The notes below the pieces were generated by a model, which worked only from the letters and a program-made list of their open reading frames with translations, ran no database searches and was not told the DNA's origin. Of a DNA stretch of 64,000 nucleotides, positions 54,505-63,868 are shown piece after piece. Position 1 is the stretch's first letter. Each line of letters starts with the position of its first letter. Both the position numbers and the translations under genes were made by a program. This DNA is from Paraspadella gotoi (Eukaryota > Animalia > Chaetognatha): NCBI GenBank assembly GCA_051294375.1, contig CM119271.1, positions 2,511,238 to 2,575,237 on the forward strand. Direction: 5' to 3'.

Positions 54505-57500
54505 AGAGGGAGAGGAACCGGAGTCATTGAGTCATATCGGAGTCATGCATTCGAAAAATCGAAGGAGGCGAGAAAAGGGAGGAGATGAAGGAGGAAAGGC
54601 GAGGAAAGAGGAGGAAGAGAGGAGGAGGAGGAAAGGAGAAGGGAGAAGAGAAGGAGGAAAGAGGCGGAGGAGGAGGAGGAGGAGGAGGGAAAGAAATAAG
54701 GAAACAAAAAAACAAAAGTAAAGAAATTGCGTAAAAGAAATTAACAGTTGTGTAAAGTAATAAATAAGCACGCAAGCCTGTCCAAAGTCGCGGGGCAAAT
54801 AGTGAGGCAGCTTTAAGTCCTTGCTGCCACATTTATTAATGAATGAATATTTTTAAATTGGTTGCTCCAATTTCATATTTAATAGTTACTTAGTATATAA
54901 ATAAATTTTTGGATTTCGAAATTAAACACGGAGTAATACCAAAAAAATCAATAAATATTTAAAGGAAATTCCGGAATAGGATATGTTAAAGAATGCATCT
55001 CTAAACAAACAAAAATATAACAAAAATTTAAACGATGGCTGAAAAATAAGGGAACAGCAAAGAAATCGACTTCAAAACTGATAAAAATCCAAAGCTAAAA
55101 ATTCCGCAATCTCGTCAGGCGTCAGAAGAGATCGTGACAGATTAACGAAAACCGTTGACAAAATTCGAGGTAAAAAATCGTCGAGGATTTTGTTCCTGTC
55201 GGCACTAAAACGCTAAGTCGTGTCCCCTTGAGATTTTTAGACGCGCACCGATTTTTAAAAGTTGACGTCAGTTGCAGAATCGCTTAGAGGGACGAGGTTG
55301 AGCTCGCTTTCAATTCGAATACTGCCTCTTTAACAAGCTTATGACATTTACAAGCTCGTGTATGGAAGTAAGAAAGCAATTATTCACTGTTCTGTTTTTC
55401 AGTCGTATACGTTTGCCTTTAAACTTTTCGACTTCCTCTCGTTTCTAAAAAAAAACTTCCGCATTCCAGTTACTACAGACGCAAAATGCGCGCCACGGGC
55501 CAAAAGCTTTCCCTTCCCTTAAACCACACGAAAACCACTTAGGTTCCCCTCCCCCGCCCCCCCCGTTTCCACTCTCCCAAACCCCCACACCCCCGCCACC
55601 ATCTCAATTAAAACCCTACCCGTCGTCGCGGCTCACCTACTTTTATCCGTTTGTTGACTCTTGACCTTACTTTTTTCCCCCCAAATTATTATCCTCATTC
55701 CTCCCTCTCTCCTTTCCTCCCACTCCCCCAAAACCCCCCCCCCTACAAATAAAGGCTACCATTGCGCCGCGGATGGACGTGGAATCTTCCAACTGCACGC
55801 GCGGGCGCCTGCGTGCCCACTTCCGGTTCCGCGTTGGCCGCCGACGCGAAGACGAAGACGACGACGTCGTGCTGAATCTAGGGTCCAAAGGAGCATCTTC
55901 GGACGGACGGTCGGCGCTAAGGTTGGTTTGAAGGGGGGGGGGGGGAAGAGGCAATACTAACTCTCGGTTCCCTGGATAATCCGTAGAAGAAAATAGATTT
56001 TAACCCCCTTTTTTAAAACACAGACCCAAAAAAGATACAAGCAATTTTGTTTTAAATCGTTAGTGAAGTCGAAAAATTGTGGTTCAAATAATTTTTTTTA
56101 TAAGAAATACTTCAAAGCACTAAATATTTTTCTTTTTAATTCACAAAAAACGACTTTCAAACAAAATTTTAACCGATATCAGACTTAAAAATCGTTAATG
56201 ATTGTTTTTTAAATAAAAAAAACGGCCAAGACAATGATAATGTCCCACTCTTGGAGATGTTACAGGAAATTTGATCGATTAATTTGAATAATGAATAAAA
56301 GGTCAAAATTTGCATTTTGGTTCTCGGTAGATTTAAGTCATGGAAAAAACAGACGTTACAGCGTAACGTAAAATAAGCGAAAAGAGAAAACAGTTTTTGT
56401 TTTGTTTTTTGTTTTTTTAAATCCCGTGGTTCAAAATTTGCTATCTTATCAATTCCTAAAATGTTCATGGAAAATTGAAAGACGATTAAATCTTTTAAAA
56501 CTCCAATATGTAAATGAATTTTTTGACTTACGTGGAAAGAAATGATAAAAAAAAAATACCACCCGTCACCCCGTGGGAACGATCGAAAACAGCCGCCCCC
56601 CCATTTCCCCCTAGCCCGAGACCCCAAGAGTCTATGTACCGACTATAGAGATTACATGGGTGGGACCGGGTGGGAGGGAACTACAGCGGGACCCGGTTCA
56701 TCCTCGAAAGGGAGGTTCCGGATTTTTATGTTCCGAACGCTTGTTACGCTTCGCTCGTTAAGCACGAGAGGCGAAAATTAAAAAAAAAAAATTCCATCAA
56801 AGTCGTTATGTTCGAAAGTTAATAACTATCTTCTTTAGAAGAGAATTTATGTCCGCCTTCGAAAAAAAGATAGAAGTTTATAAATTTTTATTTTTTTTTT
56901 TTTTCAAAATAAGACTTTAAAGACTAAATTGGTTCGACGTCTCGGGGCTAAAAGAATCGGGTTTAGTTGACAATGTGTAAATCTTTTTTAAGTTTTTCTG
57001 AATTGTTTTCGGTAATTTACCTTTTTTTTTTCCGTATAAAATCGCTGACGCGTTGATCAAAGAGCGGGTTCCTAAGAAAATGCGTCGTTAACACGACCGC
57101 GACACACAAACACCCTCTCTCTCTCTCTCTCTCTGTGTCTCTGTCTCTGTATCTCTCCCTCCGTTTCGGTTTTTACGCTTAAAAAGTGGATGCAGTCTCG
57201 TTCGCGACAAGATATACGATCCTTCTTCCCACTTTTTACGGGCAGAGAATCTTAGAAGACCGGCCGATTTTTTTTTTGCTTCCTTGGCCGCTTTTCGATT
57301 CGCCGCGTCACTCGTGTGAAATGGTTGGGTGTTGAAAAAGTTGGATGCGGGGTATAAAATATTTTTTTGATTATTTAAATATATAATATATAAAAAATAT
57401 AAATAAAAGTTAGAATAAAATAAAAAATAATATTTAAAATCAATTATTTAATCAAAATTTTATTTATCATAATGCATTTGAAAAAAAATTATTTAAATTT

Positions 57501-59214
57501 TATAAATAATAAATTAATAAATAAGAATAAATAAATTTAAAAAAATTAATAACTAAAAATATTTTTTATTAATTACAATTTAAATAGTTATTTAAAAAAA
57601 TAAAATCTTACGATACCTTTTCCCGACNNNNNNNNNNNNNNNNNNNNNNNNNNNNNNNNNNNNNNNNNNNNNNNNNNNNNNNNNNNNNNNNNNNNNNNNN
57701 NNNNNNNNNNNNNNNNNNNNNNNNNNNNNNNNNNNNNNNNNNNNNNNNNNNNNNNNNNNNNNNNNNNNNNNNNNNNNNNNNNNNNNNNNNNNNNNNNNNN
57801 NNNNNNNNNNNNNNNNNNNNNNNNNNNNNNNNNNNNNNNNNNNNNNNNNNNNNNNNNNNNNNNNNNNNNNNNNNNNNNNNNNNNNNNNNNNNNNNNNNNN
57901 NNNNNNNNNNNNNNNNNNNNNNNNNNNNNNNNNNNNNNNNNNNNNNNNNNNNNNNNNNNNNNNNNNNNNNNNNNNNNNNNNNNNNNNNNNNNNNNNNNNN
58001 NNNNNNNNNNNNNNNNNNNNNNNNNNNNNNNNNNNNNNNNNNNNNNNNNNNNNNNNNNNNNNNNNNNNNNNNNNNNNNNNNNNNNNNNNNNNNNNNNNNN
58101 NNNNNNNNNNNNNNNNNNNNNNNNNNNNNNNNNNNNNNNNNNNNNNNNNNNNNNNNNNNNNNNNNNNNNNNNNNNNNNNNNNNNNNNNNNNNNNNNNNNN
58201 NNNNNNNNNNNNNNNNNNNNNNNNNNNNNNNNNNNNNNNNNNNNNNNNNNNNNNNNNNNNNNNNNNNNNNNNNNNNNNNNNNNNNNNNNNNNNNNNNNNN
58301 NNNNNNNNNNNNNNNNNNNGTAAGTCTACGTCCAGCGTGTTTACGACGGATCTCGTGTTCGATGCGACTTCGCGGTCGAGAAAGAAAAGGAAAGAAACCG
58401 ATGGGAACTTTTTTTTTTCTTCGGCGCATCCTCTATTTGACGTCCTCTCTCTCATCTCTCTGTCTCTCTCTCTCTCCCAAAAGCTTCCCATTTAGGGTTT
58501 AATTCAGTGGTGAAGTCAGGCTTTAGAGTTAACGGTGAGAATAGGGATTTGTGTCGATGTTAACGTTAGTGATTGAGATTTAGGTTAAGGGGATAAGATT
58601 AGGGATTAGGGATTAAGTAAGAGTTATATATTACTGTTAGTGATATGTTTAAATATTTGGGTTAAAATCAGGTTCTTTCGGAAAATAGTGCCGGACTTTA
58701 TATATATTTTTAGAGTTTCGTTGAAGAGAAAGTGAGAAGAATTTACTGAAAGTGATTTGGTTTCCCAACACTTTTCTTTTATCCTCTATCCTAATTCATC
58801 TCCTTCGCAGCATCCACGGAGATCCCCATCCTTCGATCCACGATCAGATGCTGTCGAAACCCGACATCACGCAGACCATCTCGGTCGGGTCGTTTGGCGG
58901 CTGCAGCGCCAACACTTACGCCACGATAGGTAAGCGTCAACGGATCTGCGCCAATATTGGATGGGGATATTTTATGAGGACGAAATATTTAACTTCATTA
59001 TTGAGATGCATCAATGCTTTTTTTTTATTCGTTGTTGTTTCTGTTTTTTTGTTTTCATTTCTGTTGTCGTTGTTGTTGTTAATTTCTGCCTCAAAAGGCG
59101 TCGCGTACCCGGGGTGGTCGAAAATGAAATGGATTAGCCTCATAAATCATTACGATACGGTTTTATGTTTTTTAAACCTCGGTGCGTGTCCTTTCTTTTC
59201 TTGATTGTTGAGTT

Positions 59215-59298
<84 letters not shown>

Positions 59299-59352
59299 TA
59301 TTTTTAATATTTATTTTGTTCTTCATTTGTTTCATTGTTTTCTTGCTTTTTA

Positions 59353-59421
<69 letters not shown>

Positions 59422-61170
59422 CCACACCCTCACCCCTCCACCACCATCCATTTTTTTTAACGACCACAAAACATAACTCTCTCTTTTAAAACTCCTCATC
59501 TTAAACGATCCGACCCATTATGACCCTAAAAAAAAATTAATCTCAGGACCACCGGGCGGGCTCGGCGGCGGCCTGGGCGGCTGCGGCGGCGGCAGCGGCG
59601 GCGGCAGCGCCTACTCGAACAACAACTGGGGCCTAAACAACGGCCACCTCCACAACCACAACGGCAGCCTTCCCTTCGGCTGCGTGAGCGTGGGCAACGG
59701 CGTGGGCAACGGCGTGGGCAACGGAGGACTCCTCACTCCGAAGCTGCATCATCCTTATCCGCCTTTGGTCGACGCCTACTCGGTCCAGTCGACGATCCAT
59801 TCCGACCGCAGCTCGCCCGCTCCAGCGACTCACCCATCATCCTCTGTCGTCTACCCCTTCCTCTCTCGCCCAACAAGAAAAACAAAACGTTTCTATTGTC
59901 AGAAGCCAAATTCCACTCTGACGAAACATGAGAAATCTCGAAACCAGTGATCCAGATACCTCGCCCGGCGAAATTGTGATTGCGAGATGGACGAGGCCGA
60001 GAATGTCTTTTTCTCCCCCGTTCCTTAATTTTTTTCTTCTTTTGGCTCTTTTGCCTTTTTTTCTCCTTGTCTTTTTCCTTATTTCTTCTCGATTTTTTCT
60101 TAAAAAATCCTTTAAGTGTTTTCGTTCATCTATTTTTTTTTTTTTTTTTTGTTTGTTTTCTTGTAAAGATAAAAAAAAAAAAAACAAACAGGGAAACTAA
60201 TTTATTCCCGAAATCGCCCCAGTTCTGTTCCGTAATCCTTACCTTATAAATTATTTAACCTTAATATTTTACTTTTTTGATAATCTTTTCTCTTCAAATA
60301 GTATAGATAAATTCTTAACCCTAGCCCAGCCAATCCTTAATCCTTTAATCCTCTAATCATTCAATCCCTATTTCTATCTCCTAAACCCTAATTCAAATCC
60401 CTAACCCTCGTCTCTAACTTAATCCCTATCCTCGTTTACCAAATATTTAAACCTGAAAAACAACTCGACTCCGGATAAGCTAAAACGGGGCGCTTACGAG
60501 AAAAGGATATGGACCGAAAAAAAAACCCGAATCTGCCCAAACCGAGGAAGACTGAGCCTGTGATACTGTTGTTCGAAACTTGGCCCTGCGCGGATTGACG
60601 CTGACGGGAAATTGGCTCATCGGAAGCGACGTCCCGCCTCTTTATTCTGGCCGGGGGGGGGAGGGTGGGAAAAAAATGGGAGAAGGGGGAAAAAAAAGAG
60701 CGGGCGCGGTGAAATCTTAAACCAATTAAACGGGTTAATCTTCCTTCGATACGCTGGACCTTCTCAGAAAGCTGTCCGATCCCCATATATTCTTAAAAAA
60801 AAAAAAAGTAGTAAAGGTTAAGTAAGTTTAAGTACGAATTGATAGAGTCACCGCCTTCGCCACTCGCTGCAACGAAAATATCATCAGTCATCACGACCTT
60901 TAACCTAAAAATTGTTAAAATAGCTAATAAAAGCCCACCCTAAATTCCCTCAAAGAGAAAACGGGAACCCTCGTATTTAAACAACTCGATTAAATTCTTA
61001 AAGCATTTAAAACCAATAAAAAATCAACACATTTTCTTCGTTCAAATCCGCGGCTCGTGTCCCGCCATTTTTTTTCTCGTCTCTTCCAGGCGCGACGCAC
61101 CCTCCTTTCTCTCCTCCCCACTCTCCACCCTTCCTGGCCCTCTGCTCTCTCTCTCTTCTCTCTCTCTTTC

Positions 61171-61240
<70 letters not shown>

Positions 61241-62272
61241 TCTCCCTCGTGGCCCCGAAACTTTTTACATAGTTGTTTTTTATTCTCGAAAATATAAATC
61301 TTTCAATTCATGAAGTCAAAAACGATGATAATGAAAAAAGATTTGGCGAACATAATGAAGAGGATTTCGTCGATCTAAACAAGAAGTGACAAGAGACCGT
61401 CTTCAGTCTCAAGAGTATCGACGAGGGTTTTGAATGGGTTCTGCGTCGACTGGCAGAGGCGGCCCAGACGGCGTCGGACGTCGTCTGGCGACGCGCCTGG
61501 GAGACGGAGCTCCTGACGCTGCCGACGTCGAGCTCTTATGAGTTGACGTCCCAAGTCAGCCGAAATATAACGATTATAAACGTCTTTGGTTTTATTTCTC
61601 CATTATTTTTTTTAAATATGTTGTGGGGTTCTTTTGAAAATTTTTAAATTAACAATTTGACAGTTTATTTTATTGGTGATTACATTGATATAGTCCGCGT
61701 CTGATATAAGAAACCCTCGTTAGCAGGACACTACGAATAATTATTTTTTGAAAAAAAGTTATTAAATTTTCTTTGAATATTAAATAAAATTTTTGTCCAT
61801 CAAACGCGGAAAATTCAGCAAACTTAAAATACTGATGGATACAATATTGTACAAGATCAAAAAGTAATAGAACCATTGAAAAACTGCTTTAAAACATTTA
61901 TATAGTTATATTCTTCTGGCATAACCCTAACTCGAAAGGATTAATTGCGTGTCACCCCGATCTCGAATGGGGAAACCGAAAAGTTCCGCGTCTTCAGGGA
62001 TTCAAGTCTATTCGATGTTCACGCTCAAGGGTTTCACGCTTTCGGGAACTCGCGTTTCCGGCCATCGTGAAAGTAGTTCACCGCTCTAATTTTCCTGATA
62101 TTATTAATTGTTTTGTTAATTTTTTATTTTTTTCGCGTCGGTCTTGGTTCGATGAAGTAAACGTTAATTTTAAAAAAGAATAAAAAAAGAAAAAAATTAT
62201 AATCGGCCGGGAAATGATTATATATCGACAATCGAATAGTTGTTTTCAAGATCACGGGGGCCTTTTTCTCTC

Positions 62273-62343
<71 letters not shown>

Positions 62344-62796
62344 TTTTAACTATCTTTAATCATATTTTTTTTAATTTTAACCCAACCTGACCCAAAAGAT
62401 TTTTTAATCGCGGAGCCGCGAGTGATGGCGCGCCCGACGAGAGGCACCGACTGACCTTTGAACAACCCAGATCGTTGTTTAAAAAACGCCCATTCCCAAA
62501 GTTGTGACGAAACGGAAGTGGAGAGAGAGAGAGGGATGAGGATGAGATAGAGAGATGAGAGAGTAGAGACGAGAGAGGAGAGAGAGAGAGAGAAAGATTT
62601 GAAACAATGACCTTAAACAGTTTTTCAAAAAAAAAAAATTTAAATGGCACGGATATGACCCGGAAAGGCGATAAACCTTGATTTGAATTATTTAGAGAAA
62701 GAAATTAAACTTCTTCATTTGACGAAAAAAAAACGCTGTGGAACGAAAAATGCGAAATTTGGAAGAAAAAATAGATTTTTTATATCTCTCTCTCTA

Positions 62797-62839
<43 letters not shown>

Positions 62840-62911
62840 TCCTTCTCTTATTTCATTAACACTAACTCGCACATTATCTTCATACTCCTCCCCTATCCGC
62901 TCGCTCTATCC

Positions 62912-62948
<37 letters not shown>

Positions 62949-63868
62949 CTCTCTTCTCTTCTCTCTCTCTCTTCTCTCTCTCTTCTCTCTCTTCTCTCTG
63001 CTCTCATCCCTAAATTGATTTCCCCATCGCAAAAAATCGCTCTCGCGTCATAAGAACGAACTTCGGAAATCATTTTCCGTCCAAAGAAAATGAAGGGAAA
63101 AAAAAAAAAGGAAGAGGAAAAGAAGGAAAAAATAAAGAGGCAAAAAGAGCAAAGAAGAGGATGAAAATTAATATTTGTAAAATTGAATTAGAACGATCGA
63201 TGTTGTGGGGGGGTTGCTTGTTTTGAAGTATATAATTCATATCTTTGTAGGAGTGATGCATGGAGGCCTTAAACCACCAAAGCCCGTTCCGAAAAGTCAG
63301 GGCAAGAATAACCCTATTATTTAACATGAATGGTTAAGTTTATATTGGTTGTACCAATTCATATACATATTGCTACTATTTTGATGAAGCCCCGGGGCAA
63401 CGGACGGCGGAAAACTCTCCCGCGTCGGGCGGGGATGGGGGCTGGGGTTGAGAGGTCCTGCGGCGCGACCGCGCCGGGGGCCAGGTAATGGGCGGACTGC
63501 GCCGAAGTGGAGAACCGACCCGCCGGGCGACGGGAAGCGGCGGTGGAGGGGGGAAGGGAACGAGGGCGNNNNNNNNNNNNNNNNNNNNNNNNNACCCGCC
63601 GCTGCGGGAGAGTTCTCCGCCGCCGTTGCCGCCGTTAAATCCGACGGCGCCGCTGCCGCCGACGCCTTCCAGCGGGTTCGTCGCCTCGTCGCCGCTGAAA
63701 AGCTGCGGCGGGTTCGGCGGCGGCGGATTCGGCGGCGGAGACTTCGGCGGCGGACACTCCTCCAATTCGCCGCTGCTGATGAAGTCGTCAAGGTCCGATT
63801 CGTCGTTGAAGAGCGACGACCAATCGGGATCGTCGACGCGGCCGGCGAGCGACAATTACGATTCCGAG
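13391..63868 (+). CDS. unc-5: UNC-5 family netrin receptor gene, multi-exon, 3'-incomplete (whole span)
   Basis: Spliced translation of GT-AG-bounded GC-rich islands gives ELPVFL|ANPVHSFIVKNQPVSLTCSASASNRIYFKCNDEWV...|VETYFGIEGYTCECVAYS...AKVRTAFLKK|RFEREP...LQCLPPQGLPLPE|VFWLKNE...[23 protein letters not shown]...[14 protein letters not shown]...|...CPVDGNWSPWTKWTSCGLDC... This is the 2xIg + 2xTSP1 order and motif set of UNC-5 receptors. The 5' start is tentative. Confidence 0.93.
14332..16776. repeat. Duplicated block (14332-14781 versus ~16334-16776) including a partial copy of the signal-peptide exon
   Basis: ATCGAAATAA..AAGATTCCACTTTTACAA... through ...TTTTACGCCCCTCTCCTC occurs twice; the first copy is bounded by N-gaps. 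Confidence 0.85.
16660..16940 (+). CDS. unc-5: Putative exon carrying a signal-peptide-like hydrophobic segment
   Basis: Acceptor TCCCTGCAG, donor G|GTAAGT. The exon is 281 nt, one base short of a frame-preserving 282. Adding one base near 16845 removes the TAA at 16857 and gives SSLGLNVAFFALFSLG(V)FDVKARAAQG...GQTA. Confidence 0.55.
17322..17363 (-). ncRNA. Minimal type-I hammerhead-ribozyme-like motif (Penelope-type), core variant CUGUUGA
   Basis: Minus strand reads AACG-CTGTTGA-A-GGCTT(GAAATG)AAGCC-GAAAC-ATGTC-TGTT. Stem I AACG/TGTT, perfect 5-bp stem II, palindromic ACATGT stem III, GUC triplet, followed by two AATAAA. Confidence 0.6.
17380..18172. repeat. Partial tandem duplication (~17380-17755 versus ~17830-18172) next to the hammerhead motif
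   Basis: AGAGATAAACAGAGAG...GAGTTTAGAAAGGACAGTGG...AATCTACTTAATAATTA...TTGAAAGGAT occurs twice. Confidence 0.8.
25578..25762 (+). CDS. unc-5: Exon: Ala-rich linker and start of Ig1 (DPGLYTQDNISAAF...DKELPVFL)
   Basis: Phase-1 acceptor GGACAG ending at 25577 (an in-frame phase-0 acceptor TCCAG ends at 25555). Donor TTG|GTAAGT. ELPVFL joins ANPVHSFIVK, matching the UNC-5 'LPxFLxEPxDAYIVKNKPV' start of Ig1. Confidence 0.8.
28102..28320 (+). repeat. Dispersed repeat family member
   Basis: AATTGGTACCAATATA...GGACAGGCTTTGGTGGTTTAACGGCTTCATCACTC...GCAAGCTTTCAATCAAAGACTCTC, in non-duplicated flanks. Confidence 0.8.
32143..35053. repeat. Tandem duplication of a ~1.47-kb intronic unit
   Basis: GGGAAAGAGAAAT..CCGCT.GATTTAAG at ~32143 and ~33610; CCATGCGAACGACCTCAACCATCGGGTCTCTCCATCCCCG ends at ~33583 and ~35053; associated with 25-N gaps. 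Confidence 0.85.
37002..37196 (+). CDS. unc-5: Exon: Ig1 first part
   Basis: CCAACAG acceptor; ANPVHSFIVKNQPVSLTCSASASNRIYFKCNDEWVRPEAHKTREIVDAEAERIVVESAVEITRLQ; GTGAGT donor. IYFKCNxEWV is a UNC-5 Ig1 hallmark. Confidence 0.92.
38501..38603 (+). CDS. unc-5: Exon: Ig1 second part, copy 1 (frameshifted by indels)
   Basis: (CT)n-CAG acceptor; VETYFGIEGYTC/ECVA..AKAKVRTAFLKK across frames; GTAAG donor. Confidence 0.8.
38831..38857 (+). ncRNA. Hammerhead-like motif with stem II deleted (block 1)
   Basis: ACG-CTGATGA-AGCC-GAAAC-ATGTC-CGT; homologous to 17322-17363. Confidence 0.5.
39574..39663 (+). CDS. unc-5: Exon: Ig2 first part, copy 1 (indel-damaged)
   Basis: Near-identical to the intact copy at 47963-48055; ends GLPLPE|GTGAG. 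Confidence 0.75.
40995..41546 (-). mobile_element. Solo LTR, same insertion in block 1
   Basis: Same sequence and same site as 49302-49863 (CATTC|TGTGGG...TTAACATTC). Confidence 0.8.
41794..41901 (+). CDS. unc-5: Exon: Ig2 second part, copy 1 (indel-damaged)
   Basis: [19 protein letters not shown]...; near-identical to 47355-47463. Confidence 0.75.
42787..42989 (+). CDS. unc-5: Exon: Ig2 end + TSP1-1, copy 1 (many deletions)
   Basis: Degraded match to 51088-51298; ends GCTCTGCAG|GTGTG. Confidence 0.7.
44595..44704 (+). CDS. unc-5: Exon: Ig1 second part, copy 2
   Basis: VETYFGIEGYT..ECVAYSKPDKLGAK..KVRTAF; same splice sites as copy 1; small indels. Confidence 0.8.
44933..44961 (+). ncRNA. 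Hammerhead-like motif with stem II deleted (block 2)
   Basis: AACG-CTGATGA-AGCC-GAAAC-ATGTC-CGTT, with a perfect 4-bp stem I. Confidence 0.5.
45734..45830 (+). CDS. unc-5: Exon: Ig2 first part, copy 2 (indel-damaged)
   Basis: Near-identical to 47963-48055 with extra bases. Confidence 0.75.
47355..47463 (+). CDS. unc-5: Exon: Ig2 second part, copy 2 (intact)
   Basis: CATCAG acceptor; [36 protein letters not shown]+G; G|GTGAG donor (phase 1). Matches the UNC-5 'WLKNE...NLIIxQARLSDTANYTC' motif. Confidence 0.9.
47963..48055 (+). CDS. unc-5: Exon: Ig2 first part, copy 3 (intact)
   Basis: TTCAG acceptor; 93 nt = RFEREPIATSVEEHHSVQLQCLPPQGLPLPE; GTGAG donor. Matches the UNC-5 'FEQEP...LxCRPPEGxP' motif. 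Confidence 0.9.
49302..49863 (-). mobile_element. Solo LTR (562 bp), copy in block 3
   Basis: TG...CA termini, CATTC duplicated at 49297-49301 and 49864-49868, and a single-CATTC empty site in block 2 (47086-47090). The minus strand shows ATTGG boxes, then TATAAA, then ATTAAA. Confidence 0.85.
50116..50223 (+). CDS. unc-5: Exon: Ig2 second part, copy 3 (homopolymer indels)
   Basis: Near-identical to 47355-47463. Confidence 0.78.
51088..51298 (+). CDS. unc-5: Exon: Ig2 end + first thrombospondin type-1 repeat
   Basis: [56 protein letters not shown](A)PINGGNACPGPALQ, with the WSxWSxW..C..RxRxC TSP1 signature and one 1-nt deletion near 51254. Confidence 0.92.
53431..53559 (+). CDS. unc-5: Exon: end of TSP1-1 and second TSP1 repeat
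   Basis: AAACAG acceptor; KEPCHSACPVDGNWSPWTKWTSCGLDCRLSSKRFCNNPPPAHK; GTGAGT donor. Confidence 0.92.
55755..55921 (+). CDS. unc-5: Exon: end of TSP1-2 plus acidic stalk (indel-damaged)
   Basis: Across frames reads GYHCA..MDVESSNCTR.GACVPTSGSALAAD.EDEDDDVVLNLGSKGASSDGRSAL, completing the 'C.G.D....NCT.G.C' TSP1 end. AAAG acceptor, AG|GTTGGT donor. Confidence 0.75.
57628..58319. other. 692-N assembly gap at the expected position of the transmembrane exon
   Basis: Preceded by a pyrimidine tract (CCTTTTCCCGAC) and followed immediately by GTAAGT at 58320. Confidence 0.7.
58811..58929 (+). CDS. unc-5: Exon: cytoplasmic juxtamembrane region
   Basis: TTCGCAG acceptor; IHGDPHPSIHDQMLSKPDITQTISVGSFGGCSANTYATI; G|GTAAGC donor. 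KPDIT resembles the juxtamembrane (Q)PDLT motif of UNC-5 proteins. Confidence 0.75.
59215..59420. repeat. (TTTC)n microsatellite, two tracts
   Basis: Directly visible. Confidence 0.95.
59547..59830 (+). CDS. unc-5: Exon: Gly/Asn-rich cytoplasmic segment (3' end unresolved)
   Basis: TCTCAG acceptor, phase 1 matching the previous donor; GPPGGLGGG...NNNWGLNNGHLHNHNG...VGNGVGNGVGNGG...SDRSSPAP. No clean donor before the sequence turns noisy. Confidence 0.65.
63243..63360 (-). repeat. Dispersed repeat family member, inverted, 3'-truncated
   Basis: Reverse complement reads AATTGGTACAACCAATATA...CTTGCCCTGACTTTTCGGAACGGGCTTTGGTGGTTTAAGGCCTCCA. Confidence 0.75.
63594..63868 (+). CDS. unc-5: Exon (5' end in gap): Pro/Gly/Ser-rich cytoplasmic segment
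   Basis: Open GC-rich frame PPLRESSPPPLPPLNPTAPLPPTP...SGSSTRPASDNYDSE followed by GAG|GTATC and a T-rich intron-like tract. Confidence 0.6.

Noticed and set aside
38501-55921. Calling unc-5 a pseudogene because of frameshifts
   Set aside because: Indels differ between copies, intact versions of several exons exist, and splice sites and cysteines are conserved. This fits read error.
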